Positions 40,552 through 49,738 of a stretch of DNA of 64,000 nucleotides are shown here, piece after piece. Numbering within the stretch: the stretch's first letter is position 1; each line of letters opens with the position of its first letter. The stretch covers positions 994,124 through 1,058,123 of the forward strand of contig NZ_CANLXG010000002.1 of assembly GCF_947495025.1 (NCBI RefSeq), given 5' to 3'. This DNA comes from an uncultured Roseobacter sp. Its GTDB lineage: Bacteria; Pseudomonadota; Alphaproteobacteria; Rhodobacterales; Rhodobacteraceae. The notes under the pieces were generated by a model. It made no database searches and was not told the origin of the DNA. It saw only the letters and a list, made by a program, of their open reading frames with translations. A program made the translations under genes and the position numbers.

Positions 40552-41544
40552 TCATTCGGCCTCCGCATCGTCTTCGGCTGCCGGGGGCAGGTCTGACAGG
40601 AAAACACCCGTCAGGGTTCCCGCGTCGCTCTCGATCAGGAACGTCCCACCGGCAGAAACAGGCGGTGCGGGGCGTTCTTCGGGCGCGAACTGTGCGGACT
40701 CAAAAACTGCCCGGAAAGGCACGGCGTCACGCCCCGTTTTAAAGGGCGGCAGTAGCGGGCCATCGCCGTCCTGCACGGAAACCACGCCTTTGCCGCTGCT
40801 GACGAACCGTCCGCCGCACTGAAACAGGTTGGTCCACGTCAGTCTGTCAAATGGCAGATCTGCGTCAAATCCACTGGCTGCAAAAGCACCCCGGCCTGAA
40901 CCGTACCCCGCCTGAAGTGAAAAACGGCCCCTGGCCTTTGTGACAGTAACACCGCCGTCGGTATCAGGGGTGATCAGTTCCAGCGCAATTGGCCCCGAAA
41001 AGGTCACCGAGCCGGTCGATGGAATTTCCACCTCGGCCGCACCCGGCCCGATGACCATCGGCCCGCTGAAAGCCAGATCAAAAATATTGTAGGAAACATC
41101 ATAGACGTTGGGCAGCGCGCCGGTTGTGCCAAACCCGCCACGTTCGGTTGCATCCGCCTTGCGCGACCCAACACCCGGCGTGCTGTCGCCGGGCCGGTCC
41201 TCGACCTGCGCAGACCGGTCAATAAAGGAAAACCGTGGCGCAAGTCCCAGGGTCGAACTGCTCCCGATCAGCAGAACGGTATCATAGTCATAGCCTGCGG
41301 TAGCGGACCGGCGCAGAAGCGAGCCCGCCATTTCCTTGTCATCAGCGTCTTCTGCCAGGCAGGGTCCGGCAGCCGGGGCGATACCGATAATACGTGTCGT
41401 CTCGGTCGACCGCAGAAATTCGGGCAGGGCCAGTTCCGGCAGCTCAGGCAGCGGTATTTCTTCCAGCACTGAACAGCTGCCAAGGGTCAGTGCGACCCCA
41501 AGACCGGCGACCCGGCCAGCTGCTGATATGTGGAACCCTGCCAT
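40552..41544 (-). CDS. Putative lipoprotein with TbpB/fHbp-like beta-barrel, inside the baseplate genes
   Basis: Lipobox LGSC after a hydrophobic leader; IPSTGSVTFSG...AGGTFLI...GTLTGVFLS pattern; GAGGA RBS; 1-bp gap to the downstream baseplate ATG. Confidence 0.55.
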   Translation of the reverse strand: MAGFHISAAGRVAGLGVALTLGSCSVLEEIPLPELPELALPEFLRSTETTRIIGIAPAAGPCLAEDADDKEMAGSLLRRSATAGYDYDTVLLIGSSSTLGLAPRFSFIDRSAQVEDRPGDSTPGVGSRKADATERGGFGTTGALPNVYDVSYNIFDLAFSGPMVIGPGAAEVEIPSTGSVTFSGPIALELITPDTDGGVTVTKARGRFSLQAGYGSGRGAFAASGFDADLPFDRLTWTNLFQCGGRFVSSGKGVVSVQDGDGPLLPPFKTGRDAVPFRAVFESAQFAPEERPAPPVSAGGTFLIESDAGTLTGVFLSDLPPAAEDDAEAE

Positions 41545-41550
41545 GCGTCC

Positions 41551-41988
41551 TCAGATCGCCAGAACCGGCGTATCAGACACAAGCGTGCCTTCGCGGATAT
41601 AGAAGGGGTAAACCATATTCGAACGCGAGTTTGACTGATCGACGGTGTAGTCAAGCGCAACTCCGATGCGTCCTTCGAGCCAGTCCCGCATAATCACCTC
41701 AACGCGGTGCAGTGTGACGCGGGGCTCAAAAAAGAGGATGGCCTGGCGCACTGCCGTTTCGATCCCCGCCTGTGTTTCTGCGTTGTTCGGTTCAAAAACG
41801 TAGTCGTGGATGCGACATCCATAGGCAGGTTGCATGATCCGTTCGCCGGGCCTTGTGTTCATCAGAATGCGCAGACTTTCGGCCACGTCCTCTTCTGCTT
41901 CTGCCATGCGGATCTCGCCGGTTGCCGGATCAAATTCAGGCGGGAAATGCCACCCGCGGCCAAGAAATCCCGGATCACGCTCTGCCAT
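41551..41988 (-). CDS. GPW/gp25 baseplate wedge protein (Afp9-like)
   Basis: FLGRGWHFPP...ESLRILMNTRPGERIMQPAYGC...FFEPRV...NSRSNMVYPFY. Confidence 0.93.
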   Translation of the reverse strand: MAERDPGFLGRGWHFPPEFDPATGEIRMAEAEEDVAESLRILMNTRPGERIMQPAYGCRIHDYVFEPNNAETQAGIETAVRQAILFFEPRVTLHRVEVIMRDWLEGRIGVALDYTVDQSNSRSNMVYPFYIREGTLVSDTPVLAI

Positions 41989-41991
41989 GGT

Positions 41992-42282
41992 TCATCCCCC
42001 GATGATCACAGTTGGCGCGCCCGCGACGATCACACCGCCATGTGCGGTTGTGTCCCCCATCCGGGCTGCCGGGCTGCCGCCGATCATCACCGTGGCCGAA
42101 CCTTTGGTGATTGAAGCCGTTGGTCCCACACAGACACAGTTATCGCCCTGGACCGCCGCCGGAAGGCCGACAATCAGTACAGTTGCCTCGCCGGGTCCCA
42201 CGATCGGTCCGCCTACATGAGGCACTACACCGTTCACTGCGGGACAGGTGTGCATATCGGTCAGTCTTGCTGCTGGTGGCAT
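41992..42282 (-). CDS. PAAR spike-tip protein (Afp10-like)
   Basis: PPAARLTD, GLPAAVQGD and GSPAARMGD repeats. Confidence 0.95.
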   Translation of the reverse strand: MPPAARLTDMHTCPAVNGVVPHVGGPIVGPGEATVLIVGLPAAVQGDNCVCVGPTASITKGSATVMIGGSPAARMGDTTAHGGVIVAGAPTVIIGG

Positions 42283-42314
42283 CCCCCCGGACCCCCTCTT
42301 GTTGTCTTGTCGTT

Positions 42315-44081
42315 TCAGTTAATCATCACAATCGAGCCCTCGACCGTGGTCTGCCCTCCGGACGACAGTTTGGCGGTCGCGTTGCCCTCGACCGTCAGTT
42401 CGGTCTGTGCCGTGCAGGTGATGTTCATGCCTTCGATGGTTGCATCCTGCGTGGCCTCTGCGGTGATGTTCTGCGTCGCCGTAATGGAAATGTCCTTGTC
42501 GGACGTGATGGCGATACCGCTGTCATCCATGACGATGGAATTGCCGTTCATGTCCTCCATGGAAAACGTGCTGGCGTCGTCATCCAGCGTCAGCGTATGC
42601 CCGCCCGGCGTGCTGACCGTGATGATCTTTTTGTCGTCGTCAAAGGTCATCCTGAGTTCCGAGCGGGTGGTGATTGTCTTGAGGTTATTGTCCTCTTCGG
42701 CGTCAATCGGCCGTGCCGCGGTTCCGTTGTGCAGTGAGCCGACAATGACCGGCGCTTCCGGATCAGCGTTCAGAAAGGCCACAACCACCTCGTCGCCCGT
42801 TTCGGGCAGAAACTGGATACCTGCCGCTGACGAGGCATAAGGCTGTGCATAGCGCGCCCAGACCTTTGCCGGCGGATCACCGACGAGGGGCAGTTCGATC
42901 TGGATGCGCAGCCGGGTATCGGGGTCTTCGGCCACGGTAAGGACCTTGCCGATCTGCAACCCGTGTATCGGCGCATTCATCGCCTCAGCGGCAGGGCTGG
43001 CAAAGCCCGTGCTGTCTGACGTCCAGTCCGGCGGCAGGCCCAGCCTGCACACCGTCAGCCAGGTGCCCGCCTCGATCCTGTGCTCGACAGAGACAGCATA
43101 TCCTGTGCCGCTGTAGCGTTCGCCAAAACCCTTGATTTCAAGGGTTTTGCCTGGTTCGATCATGTTGTTTCCCTGATAGGTGACAGAGCCCGAAACTGCC
43201 CCCAGACCTGCCCGCGTGGTCCGCGCCTTGCTCCGCGTGGTCAGCTCGGCAGATGCAACCGTTGCGGCGGTAAAGGCGGTATGCTCGCGGTCGCTGAGAA
43301 CTTCGGCGAGATTTGCGGCCGTGACATTGTCCGGTGTCAGCCCGGTCACAGTCGCAGAGGTGCCCGACACAGTTTCCTGTGTGGTGTCGTCCCAGGATGT
43401 CGCGCTGGCCGATTTGATCATGCGCTGGGAATCGATCTCGATGTCGAGCTCCAGAACATCAGCGCCCACGGTGACCTCCAGTGACACCGCCGCCGAGGTA
43501 TCCGGTGCTTTGACAGAAACCTTGCCTGCAATGACATTGACCACCAGGCCGTTGCGGTCCGCCAGCAGGCGCAGATAATCCCAGTCGGTTGTGCCTGCGC
43601 GCAGCTTGTCTGCTGCGGTATCCGTCGTGGCCTCCACATCCGCCGTCAGACCGGCATCGCCGATGATGTCAGATATGACGTCACTGTCCTTTTTCTCCTC
43701 ATAGCGCACCGACTTGCGGATTTCGGTCATCCCGATGGCCTTGTCGCGGCAATAAAGCTCAAGGCGCAGACCTGTATTGCTGTCGATCCTGGCACGGCTC
43801 GAAATAATCAGCCCCTTGAACAGCGTCTGATCCGCCCCGTCGCCGTAGAAGGCGGCGATCTCTATTTCCTTGCCCGCCACAAAGTCCGCAGCGTCGAGCT
43901 CATCAAAGTCATCCGTCTGCAGCGAACCGGACAAAATGGTGACCTGTGCCTCGGGGATACGGTTCAGACCGCTGCGGACCCGCACGGAGGCGATGAGTAT
44001 GTCGTCAGAGATCTGCGCCCCTTCGATCTTGACGGTGACCCCGACGGATCCTGTTGAACCTGTTTCCGGACTGTCAGCCAT
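42315..44081 (-). CDS. VgrG-like central spike protein (Afp8-like)
   Basis: LNRIPEAQV, TDWDYLRLLADRNG, gp5 OB-fold region QFLPETGDEVVVAFLNADP..PVIVGSLHN and C-terminal beta-repeats ending TTVEGSIVMIN. Confidence 0.92.
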   Translation of the reverse strand: MADSPETGSTGSVGVTVKIEGAQISDDILIASVRVRSGLNRIPEAQVTILSGSLQTDDFDELDAADFVAGKEIEIAAFYGDGADQTLFKGLIISSRARIDSNTGLRLELYCRDKAIGMTEIRKSVRYEEKKDSDVISDIIGDAGLTADVEATTDTAADKLRAGTTDWDYLRLLADRNGLVVNVIAGKVSVKAPDTSAAVSLEVTVGADVLELDIEIDSQRMIKSASATSWDDTTQETVSGTSATVTGLTPDNVTAANLAEVLSDREHTAFTAATVASAELTTRSKARTTRAGLGAVSGSVTYQGNNMIEPGKTLEIKGFGERYSGTGYAVSVEHRIEAGTWLTVCRLGLPPDWTSDSTGFASPAAEAMNAPIHGLQIGKVLTVAEDPDTRLRIQIELPLVGDPPAKVWARYAQPYASSAAGIQFLPETGDEVVVAFLNADPEAPVIVGSLHNGTAARPIDAEEDNNLKTITTRSELRMTFDDDKKIITVSTPGGHTLTLDDDASTFSMEDMNGNSIVMDDSGIAITSDKDISITATQNITAEATQDATIEGMNITCTAQTELTVEGNATAKLSSGGQTTVEGSIVMIN

Positions 44082-44087
44082 GATCCC

Positions 44088-44771
44088 TCACCTCATCGGC
44101 GGGAACCGCAGGAGCGTATTCGGCTCAAGGTCCCGGAAATTATCGAGATCGTTGTGGGCGGCGATTTCGAGGTATTTGCCTGCATCCTTGTAGATGCGGT
44201 GGCACAGCAGCGGCAGCGTGTCGCCGGTCTGAACACGAACGAGGTGCGTGAGGTCGGGCGAGCGTCGCTTTGCTTCCAGGGCTTCCTGGGCGGCAGTGCG
44301 CGCTTCGATGAAGTTCAGCTTTATTTTTGCCCGCAGGGCGGTGCCATCGGGATGAAACAGTGTGTAGTCAACCGACATTTCCGTAAGCCGGCCAAAGAAT
44401 TCTTTCAGTCCGTTGCCCCAGATAATTTTGACGGCCGTCGGTTCGTGTTCATCTCCGTCATAATCATAGCAGACGGTGCGCAGTTTATCGATCTGATCCG
44501 CTACGGGCTCAGTGGAGCCGGGCACGACGCCCGTTCCGTCGATGGTCAGTGAAAAGTTGAGCTTCTCCGGATCGGCCATGGAATACTTGGGAATTGCGCC
44601 GGACTTGCCGACAGCGCTGTCACCCTTGCCCATCGTACCGGTGTACTTCAGCGAATAGTTATGGCTGTAGTTTTCAGGGTTGATCGTTGCCTCAAAGGTG
44701 TTGGCATCACCACTTTTAGGCTCGATTTTACCCGACTGGATCGCACAGCGCACAATTTTCAGCTTGGCCAC
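44088..44771 (-). CDS. Tube initiator with C-terminal LysM domain (Afp7-like)
   Basis: INPENYSHNY, YTLFHPDGTALRAKIKLNF and LysM-like VQTGDTLPLLCHRIY...YLEIAAHNDL. Confidence 0.9.
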   Translation of the reverse strand: MAKLKIVRCAIQSGKIEPKSGDANTFEATINPENYSHNYSLKYTGTMGKGDSAVGKSGAIPKYSMADPEKLNFSLTIDGTGVVPGSTEPVADQIDKLRTVCYDYDGDEHEPTAVKIIWGNGLKEFFGRLTEMSVDYTLFHPDGTALRAKIKLNFIEARTAAQEALEAKRRSPDLTHLVRVQTGDTLPLLCHRIYKDAGKYLEIAAHNDLDNFRDLEPNTLLRFPPMR

Positions 44772-44774
44772 GGC

Positions 44775-44954
44775 TCAGCGCTCCCTGCCGCGGCGAGCCG
44801 CATCCGCCAGCCGATCGTCCATTTCGCGCAGCAGATCACGACGCATCATCTCAAGCGCCGTCTCCAGGTCTTCGCGTTGCTCCGCGGGCCGTGTGTCATC
44901 CCGCGCCGGACCAAAGCGCCCTTTCAGCACAAGCGTACCGATCTCGACCGCCAT
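44775..44954 (-). CDS. Small Afp6/DUF5908-like protein, 59 aa (below the ORF-track cutoff)
   Basis: Translated by hand: MAVEIGTLVLKGRFGPARDDTRPAEQREDLETALEMMRRDLLREMDDRLADAARRGRER*; TGATG overlap with the tube gene; occupies the afp6 position between afp5 and afp7. Confidence 0.8.
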   Translation of the reverse strand: MAVEIGTLVLKGRFGPARDDTRPAEQREDLETALEMMRRDLLREMDDRLADAARRGRER

Positions 44955-45409
44955 CAGACTGACCTCACCAGTGTGGTATAGGCCAGTTCAATTGTCTCAA
45001 CCGCCAGTTCATTTTTCATTGCGTCAAATCCCCCAACCGTCCATTTGACCGGATACGCGTTTCCGACGGTCCACACGGCCACCGGAATACGCTTTTCATT
45101 CAGCAACGACACCGTGATGTCCTTGGGCACGATGGCCTCGGCAAAATCGCCCTCGATGGTCGATTTGCACCACTGCACGAGACCACTGGCCTGGGTGGTC
45201 ATTCCGCGTTTCAGCTTGAGATTCCCGCGCTTTGCAGGTTTCGGAAGCTGATGCACGAAACGGTTTTCGCCACCCTCGACCACCGGCTCGGTTTCCAGGC
45301 TGCTTTCGAGCCCGGAAACCTCCTGAAACGCCATGTCGGGCACCGGTGGGACCATTCCCACGAACATGACCGAAAAATGAAACGCAACAGGAGGGCTGAG
45401 CAGGTCCAT
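44954..45409 (-). CDS. Tail tube protein 2 (Afp5-like)
   Basis: PPVAFHFSV, FQEVSGL, EGGENRFVHQLP, LKLKRG and NAYPVKWTVGGFDAMKNELAVETIELAY. Confidence 0.93.
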   Translation of the reverse strand: MDLLSPPVAFHFSVMFVGMVPPVPDMAFQEVSGLESSLETEPVVEGGENRFVHQLPKPAKRGNLKLKRGMTTQASGLVQWCKSTIEGDFAEAIVPKDITVSLLNEKRIPVAVWTVGNAYPVKWTVGGFDAMKNELAVETIELAYTTLVRSV

Positions 45410-45413
45410 ATGG

Positions 45414-45872
45414 TTACGCGTTCTCGATCACGAAACCTTCGTGTGCGATCTCGATGCTCTCCACCGCAACCTCATTGCCTTCGGCCTTGAGATCGGTGCT
45501 GGTCACCTTGACCGGGAAGGCATTCTGCACCTTCCAGACCATCGTGGGCGCCTGGGTTTCATCGAGCAGCGAAATAGTGATCGCCTTGCGCTTGATCACG
45601 TTCATCTGGATCTCGGCGAACCAGTCCCAGATCGCGTTATCCTGAATGAACACACCCTTCTTCATGGTGATATTCCCTGATTTGAGCATCCCGGGCATTT
45701 TCACCTTGGAGAACACCGGACTGTTGCCTGCGCGGTACTCCAGTACCTCGCTTTCGATATCCAGACCGGAGACTTCCTGAAAAGCCAGTTCCGTGTCGTC
45801 CCACTTTACCTGAAAGTGGAACTTGGGAAGCGGCCAGACCGCCGTTGTCTGGGCGGAGCCATCATCTGCCAT
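45414..45872 (-). CDS. Tail tube protein 1 (Afp1-like, T4 gp19 family)
   Basis: WPLPKFHFQV, FQEVSGL, KMPGMLKSGNITMKKG and NAFPVKVTSTDLKAEGNEVAVESIEIAHEG. Confidence 0.95.
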   Translation of the reverse strand: MADDGSAQTTAVWPLPKFHFQVKWDDTELAFQEVSGLDIESEVLEYRAGNSPVFSKVKMPGMLKSGNITMKKGVFIQDNAIWDWFAEIQMNVIKRKAITISLLDETQAPTMVWKVQNAFPVKVTSTDLKAEGNEVAVESIEIAHEGFVIENA

Positions 45873-45897
45873 GTTAAATGTCCTTCCTGTTCAAAAC

Positions 45898-48240
45898 TTA
45901 TGATTTCTGCATTTGTTGCTGGAACGTGATCTCGATGAATTCCGCCGGACGTGTCACGGCCACCAGGACGGTGATCAGCAGCTTGCCCTCAAGAATATCC
46001 ACCGGCGTCATCGTCTCGCCGAGGCCGACATGCACGCTGAACGCATCGGTAGGCACGGCACCCGCCAGACCGCCCGCTTTCCAGACCGAGGTCAGGAAGT
46101 TTTCGATCATCGACCGGATCGTGACCCAGGTCTGGGCTGTGTTCGGTTCAAAGACATAGGCCTTGGCCGCGAGCCGGATCGATTCCTCGATCATGATCAT
46201 GGTGCGGCGCACGTTGATGTAACGCCAGTCCAGGCTGTTGCCATCGAGCGTACGCGCGCCCCAGACGAGGGTCCCCTCACCAACGAACGGCCTGATCGCG
46301 TTGATCGATTTGCCCGTTGTGGAAACGTTGAGGTTTTCCTGCTGGCCGTGATCGATGTTGACCATCGGCCCGGTGACGCCGGCTACCGAAACGTTTGCGG
46401 GCGCTTTCCAGACACCCCGCGTGTTGTCGACGGCCGTATAGACGCCGGCCATGGCTGCCGCGGGTGGCATGACGTTCATATAGGCGGCGATGGCATTCAT
46501 CACGTCCGTATAGAGCGGCACGGTGGCCCGCATGGTTTTATCGATCGTGCTGGTCATCGGGTCTGGCGGTGGATTTTCGTCCACGACGCCATCGACGAGG
46601 ATCTTGATCTCTTTCGCCTCGGACAGTTCGCCGCCGACAACCAGTTTGTAACGGACGGCGGTTTCAGCGCCGCGGAACTCTGCGTTGGGGGCAAGCACGA
46701 TATCGGTGCCATCAACCGTCCAGACACCCACACCCTTGCGGGTTACGGTTTTGTCTTTCACGGCAGCCACAGCAGCGGCCTCTGCCTCTGCTACGGCGGT
46801 CTGCAGCGGAGCAAGATCCGCATCGTCAGCCGCGTCATTCAGTGCAGTGCGCGCGGTCTGTACCGCGTCCGAGGCGTTCTTGACGGCCACTTCGTCAACA
46901 GCATCGGCGCCCAGCAGAACCACGTCATCAATGGTTGTGCCTTCTTCGGCGACCGAGATCTTTACCGGCTTTTCCTTGACCACATCGGGCAGGCCGATCA
47001 CGTCAGAGCCGACAGAGACAACGATTGTCCGCGCGGAGGTTTTGACACCTTCGTTGTCGGTGACCACGAGCTCAAAGAAACCGCCGGACCCGTCGCTGCC
47101 ATTATGCACGAAACGGATCTTTCCGTCGTCGATGTCTTTTTGCGTAAAGGCAAAGACCGCATCGGCACCTGCGAGCGCTTCTGCGCCGGCGTTTTTGGCG
47201 CCGGTGACGATCTTGCCTTTCATCTGTGCCAGAACATCCGCCGGATCGCCCTCGATCTTGTACTGAAGCTCGGAGGCCTCTGCGAGGTCGTCGGCTGCGT
47301 TGATATCAGTACCTTTCAGCACGGAGATGCCGCCCCTGGTCACCGAGATGGTAAAGTCCCCTGTCACCACTGCAGTGCCGACCTTGAGGATTTCAGGCAC
47401 CAGCGCCTTGTCCATATTTACCGAGCGTTTGAGCAGCGAGATAAACTTGTTGCGGCTGCCCAGCTCTATGTTTTCAAAGGTAAAGTCGCGCGACTGGTAT
47501 ACCGCGCTGTCGAGCCAGGGATAGTAAGCCGCACCGTAGTCGAGGTAATTTGCGCCAACATCCATGCGGAACCGTGCGATCGGGTCGCCACGCGGGCTGC
47601 GTTCATCGAGGTAACCGCCATGTACGTCCAGAATGGCGAAACGGTTTTTCATCGTGTAACCGCAGTGCGCGAGCATCTGTTGCTGAACCTTGGCACCGTT
47701 CTGGCGGTTCAGGCGCGTTGTCTCGGGGATCACAACCATCGTCGGCTCTGGTTCTTTTTCCAGCCGCTTGATCGCTTTGAGCATTGCATCGGCGTCAATG
47801 GGGTCGCTGTAGGACCCGATTGAAGTGACGTAGCAGGTGCCGCCACCATTGAGAAAGAATGCCCGCATCGCCGAGTAAAGCGTATAGGCGGTGTTCGTCT
47901 GGATCAGTTCGAATTTTTCAGGACCCGCAGGTCCGTTGGCTGTAAAAACTGCCTGTGGCAGCTCGGCGGCTGCGGCCATGTCTGCATCTTCGCCATAGGG
48001 CTGGCCGGTTCGCTCCTCGAAAGGCTGCATTCTGAACACCGGCTCCGGAGCGCCGCCGAAATAGCCATGATACTCCGAGACCGAAGTGATCTTCATCGGC
48101 GTCTCGTGCAGGGAAACGTTCCCGTTCACCGCTTTTTCAGTATAGCCGATAAAGGCCGGAACTGCCGTTGCGACCTGCACGACAGAGTTGGGAAAGGCGC
48201 TCTTTTCGACAATGTAGACGCCGGGGGTTTTCATGACCAT
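45898..48240 (-). CDS. Tail sheath protein (Afp2/3/4-like) with large internal insertion
   Basis: MKTPGVYIVE, TAVPAFIGYTEK, YGAAYYPWL, PPAAAMAGVY...RGVWKAPAN, WGARTLDGNS.DWRYINVRRT and PAEFIEITFQQ; about 265 extra residues in the middle. Confidence 0.95.
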   Translation of the reverse strand: MVMKTPGVYIVEKSAFPNSVVQVATAVPAFIGYTEKAVNGNVSLHETPMKITSVSEYHGYFGGAPEPVFRMQPFEERTGQPYGEDADMAAAAELPQAVFTANGPAGPEKFELIQTNTAYTLYSAMRAFFLNGGGTCYVTSIGSYSDPIDADAMLKAIKRLEKEPEPTMVVIPETTRLNRQNGAKVQQQMLAHCGYTMKNRFAILDVHGGYLDERSPRGDPIARFRMDVGANYLDYGAAYYPWLDSAVYQSRDFTFENIELGSRNKFISLLKRSVNMDKALVPEILKVGTAVVTGDFTISVTRGGISVLKGTDINAADDLAEASELQYKIEGDPADVLAQMKGKIVTGAKNAGAEALAGADAVFAFTQKDIDDGKIRFVHNGSDGSGGFFELVVTDNEGVKTSARTIVVSVGSDVIGLPDVVKEKPVKISVAEEGTTIDDVVLLGADAVDEVAVKNASDAVQTARTALNDAADDADLAPLQTAVAEAEAAAVAAVKDKTVTRKGVGVWTVDGTDIVLAPNAEFRGAETAVRYKLVVGGELSEAKEIKILVDGVVDENPPPDPMTSTIDKTMRATVPLYTDVMNAIAAYMNVMPPAAAMAGVYTAVDNTRGVWKAPANVSVAGVTGPMVNIDHGQQENLNVSTTGKSINAIRPFVGEGTLVWGARTLDGNSLDWRYINVRRTMIMIEESIRLAAKAYVFEPNTAQTWVTIRSMIENFLTSVWKAGGLAGAVPTDAFSVHVGLGETMTPVDILEGKLLITVLVAVTRPAEFIEITFQQQMQKS

Positions 48241-48255
48241 GCTTCGGGTCCTCCT

Positions 48256-48990
48256 TTAAAAGATCGATACGTAAATGTCGGATTGGATCAGCGCGCCGGC
48301 CCCGTCGGGCGCAGGCACTGAGGTGAAAAGCGGCTGCGGTGCGGGCAGCACAGGAATGAGTGTGCGGGGGCCAAACGGTCCCGGGCGCGAGAGGCTGAAA
48401 CGCTGCAGCGGCCTGGCCCGTGCTGGCAGGGCGCTGCGCGTGCGGATGACGTGGGCGGGTGTTCCATCGGGCAGATCGACCGTGCCCAGCGGGTCAAATT
48501 CCACTTCACCCTCGCTGTCTTCGATAATCACTTCGTCACTGCCGGGACCTGTCACATGATAAGCCCAGTGAGAGGCGACAGCTTCGCAACGCAGCGTCAT
48601 GCGGCGCAGACTGCCGGGCACCAGACCGATGCTGACCTGAGCAAGTTTGCGGCTTGCCGCCGGCTGCGGCACCTCAGAGGGTCCTGCGGCACTGAGCAGC
48701 GCGTGATCAAGATGCCCGGGCAGGCCGATCTGCGGTACATACGTCCAGTCCGCCCCTTCGGTCAGTGCGATTACATCCGTGTTCTGTACATCCAGATCGA
48801 GTGACACGCTTTCGGGAAGATCGGTGTTATCTTCTTCTGCAACGATCAGCACCTTCGGGCCCATTTGCCGCAGCAGCAGACCCGCTTTGTCAAAACCGGC
48901 AGCATCACTCGGGCGAACGGTAACCGGGGGCATGTTTGGTGCGTAGTAATCGTGTTCCAGTCTCAGCTGCGCAATTGCCCCCCAGGTCAT
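48256..48990 (-). CDS. eCIS hypothetical protein, possible cap adaptor (Alg16B position)
   Basis: Lies between DUF4255 and the sheath; N-terminal LRLEHDYY...GLLLRQ pattern. Function inferred from position only. Confidence 0.5.
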   Translation of the reverse strand: MTWGAIAQLRLEHDYYAPNMPPVTVRPSDAAGFDKAGLLLRQMGPKVLIVAEEDNTDLPESVSLDLDVQNTDVIALTEGADWTYVPQIGLPGHLDHALLSAAGPSEVPQPAASRKLAQVSIGLVPGSLRRMTLRCEAVASHWAYHVTGPGSDEVIIEDSEGEVEFDPLGTVDLPDGTPAHVIRTRSALPARARPLQRFSLSRPGPFGPRTLIPVLPAPQPLFTSVPAPDGAGALIQSDIYVSIF

Positions 48991-49565
48991 CAGCTCGCCT
49001 CCGATGGTCTGGCTTCGCCACCCGGCGCCCGGATCAGCGGTGTGATCGACCGCACCGCGCCTGCGTCGATCATGACCGAGCGCATCTTGAACATAACAGA
49101 TGGTACGTAACGACCCCCAAGGTTGCCCCAGAGCTGTCCGACTTCCTCGACCTTCAGGTTCGAGATTTCGACGGTCAGCTGTGCGATACCTGCGGGCATT
49201 TCTGGCACCAGCTGGGGGGTCATCACCGGATTGGCCTGGAAAAACATCAGCGCCGCGGATATGAGCTTGAGCCCCTCGCCGTAGATTTCCGGATCGTGGC
49301 CCGAAGCGAGCATAAAATAGATGTCCAGATGGACTGGCGGTGCCATACCCATCTGCACCGCTGAACGTGGCCGGCTTCCGCGCGGAACCGAATCCTGTGC
49401 AATATTGGTCAGAAAAAGCGTCAGGCGGTTGCGCGATTCTGCTGTGGGTTTGCCCTCCGCATCCGACAGCGGGCCCACGGCGACCAGATCCTCTGACACA
49501 GCGAACAACGCGGACAGATGCGCGTTCAGCCGGTCGCTCACGAGGGTTAGGGCGTGATCAATCAC
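48990..49565 (-). CDS. DUF4255 cap/tail terminator protein (Afp16/Pvc16-like)
   Basis: PPVHLDIYFML, YGEGLKLISAALMFFQANP, LWGNLGGRYVPSVMFKMR; GTG start after an AGGAGG RBS. Confidence 0.92.
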   Translation of the reverse strand: MIDHALTLVSDRLNAHLSALFAVSEDLVAVGPLSDAEGKPTAESRNRLTLFLTNIAQDSVPRGSRPRSAVQMGMAPPVHLDIYFMLASGHDPEIYGEGLKLISAALMFFQANPVMTPQLVPEMPAGIAQLTVEISNLKVEEVGQLWGNLGGRYVPSVMFKMRSVMIDAGAVRSITPLIRAPGGEARPSEAS

Positions 49566-49738
49566 AGCGTCGCTCCACCTCCTGTTTCAGACAGGTAAGA
49601 AAAGCCGGCGCAAAGGGAATCGCAGAGCGTGGCAGCAGCTTCACCTTTCTTTAACAGCTTTCCGCAGCGTAACCATGAGTTGTTCAAAAGCAATATCGTT
49701 CGCCTGATTTTTTCAATTTTTCCGGGTGGAGCGCATCA

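Noticed and set aside
45913-47823. 636-aa plus-strand ORF opposite the sheath gene
   Set aside because: Antisense shadow of a well-supported gene in GC-rich DNA; no recognisable motifs or RBS.
25506-49565. Interpretation as a prophage, GTA or canonical T6SS
   Set aside because: No capsid, portal, terminase or integrase, and no TssJ/L/M, TssA/K or ClpV. DUF4255, the CIS tape measure, the Afp15-type ATPase and DUF4157 point to eCIS.
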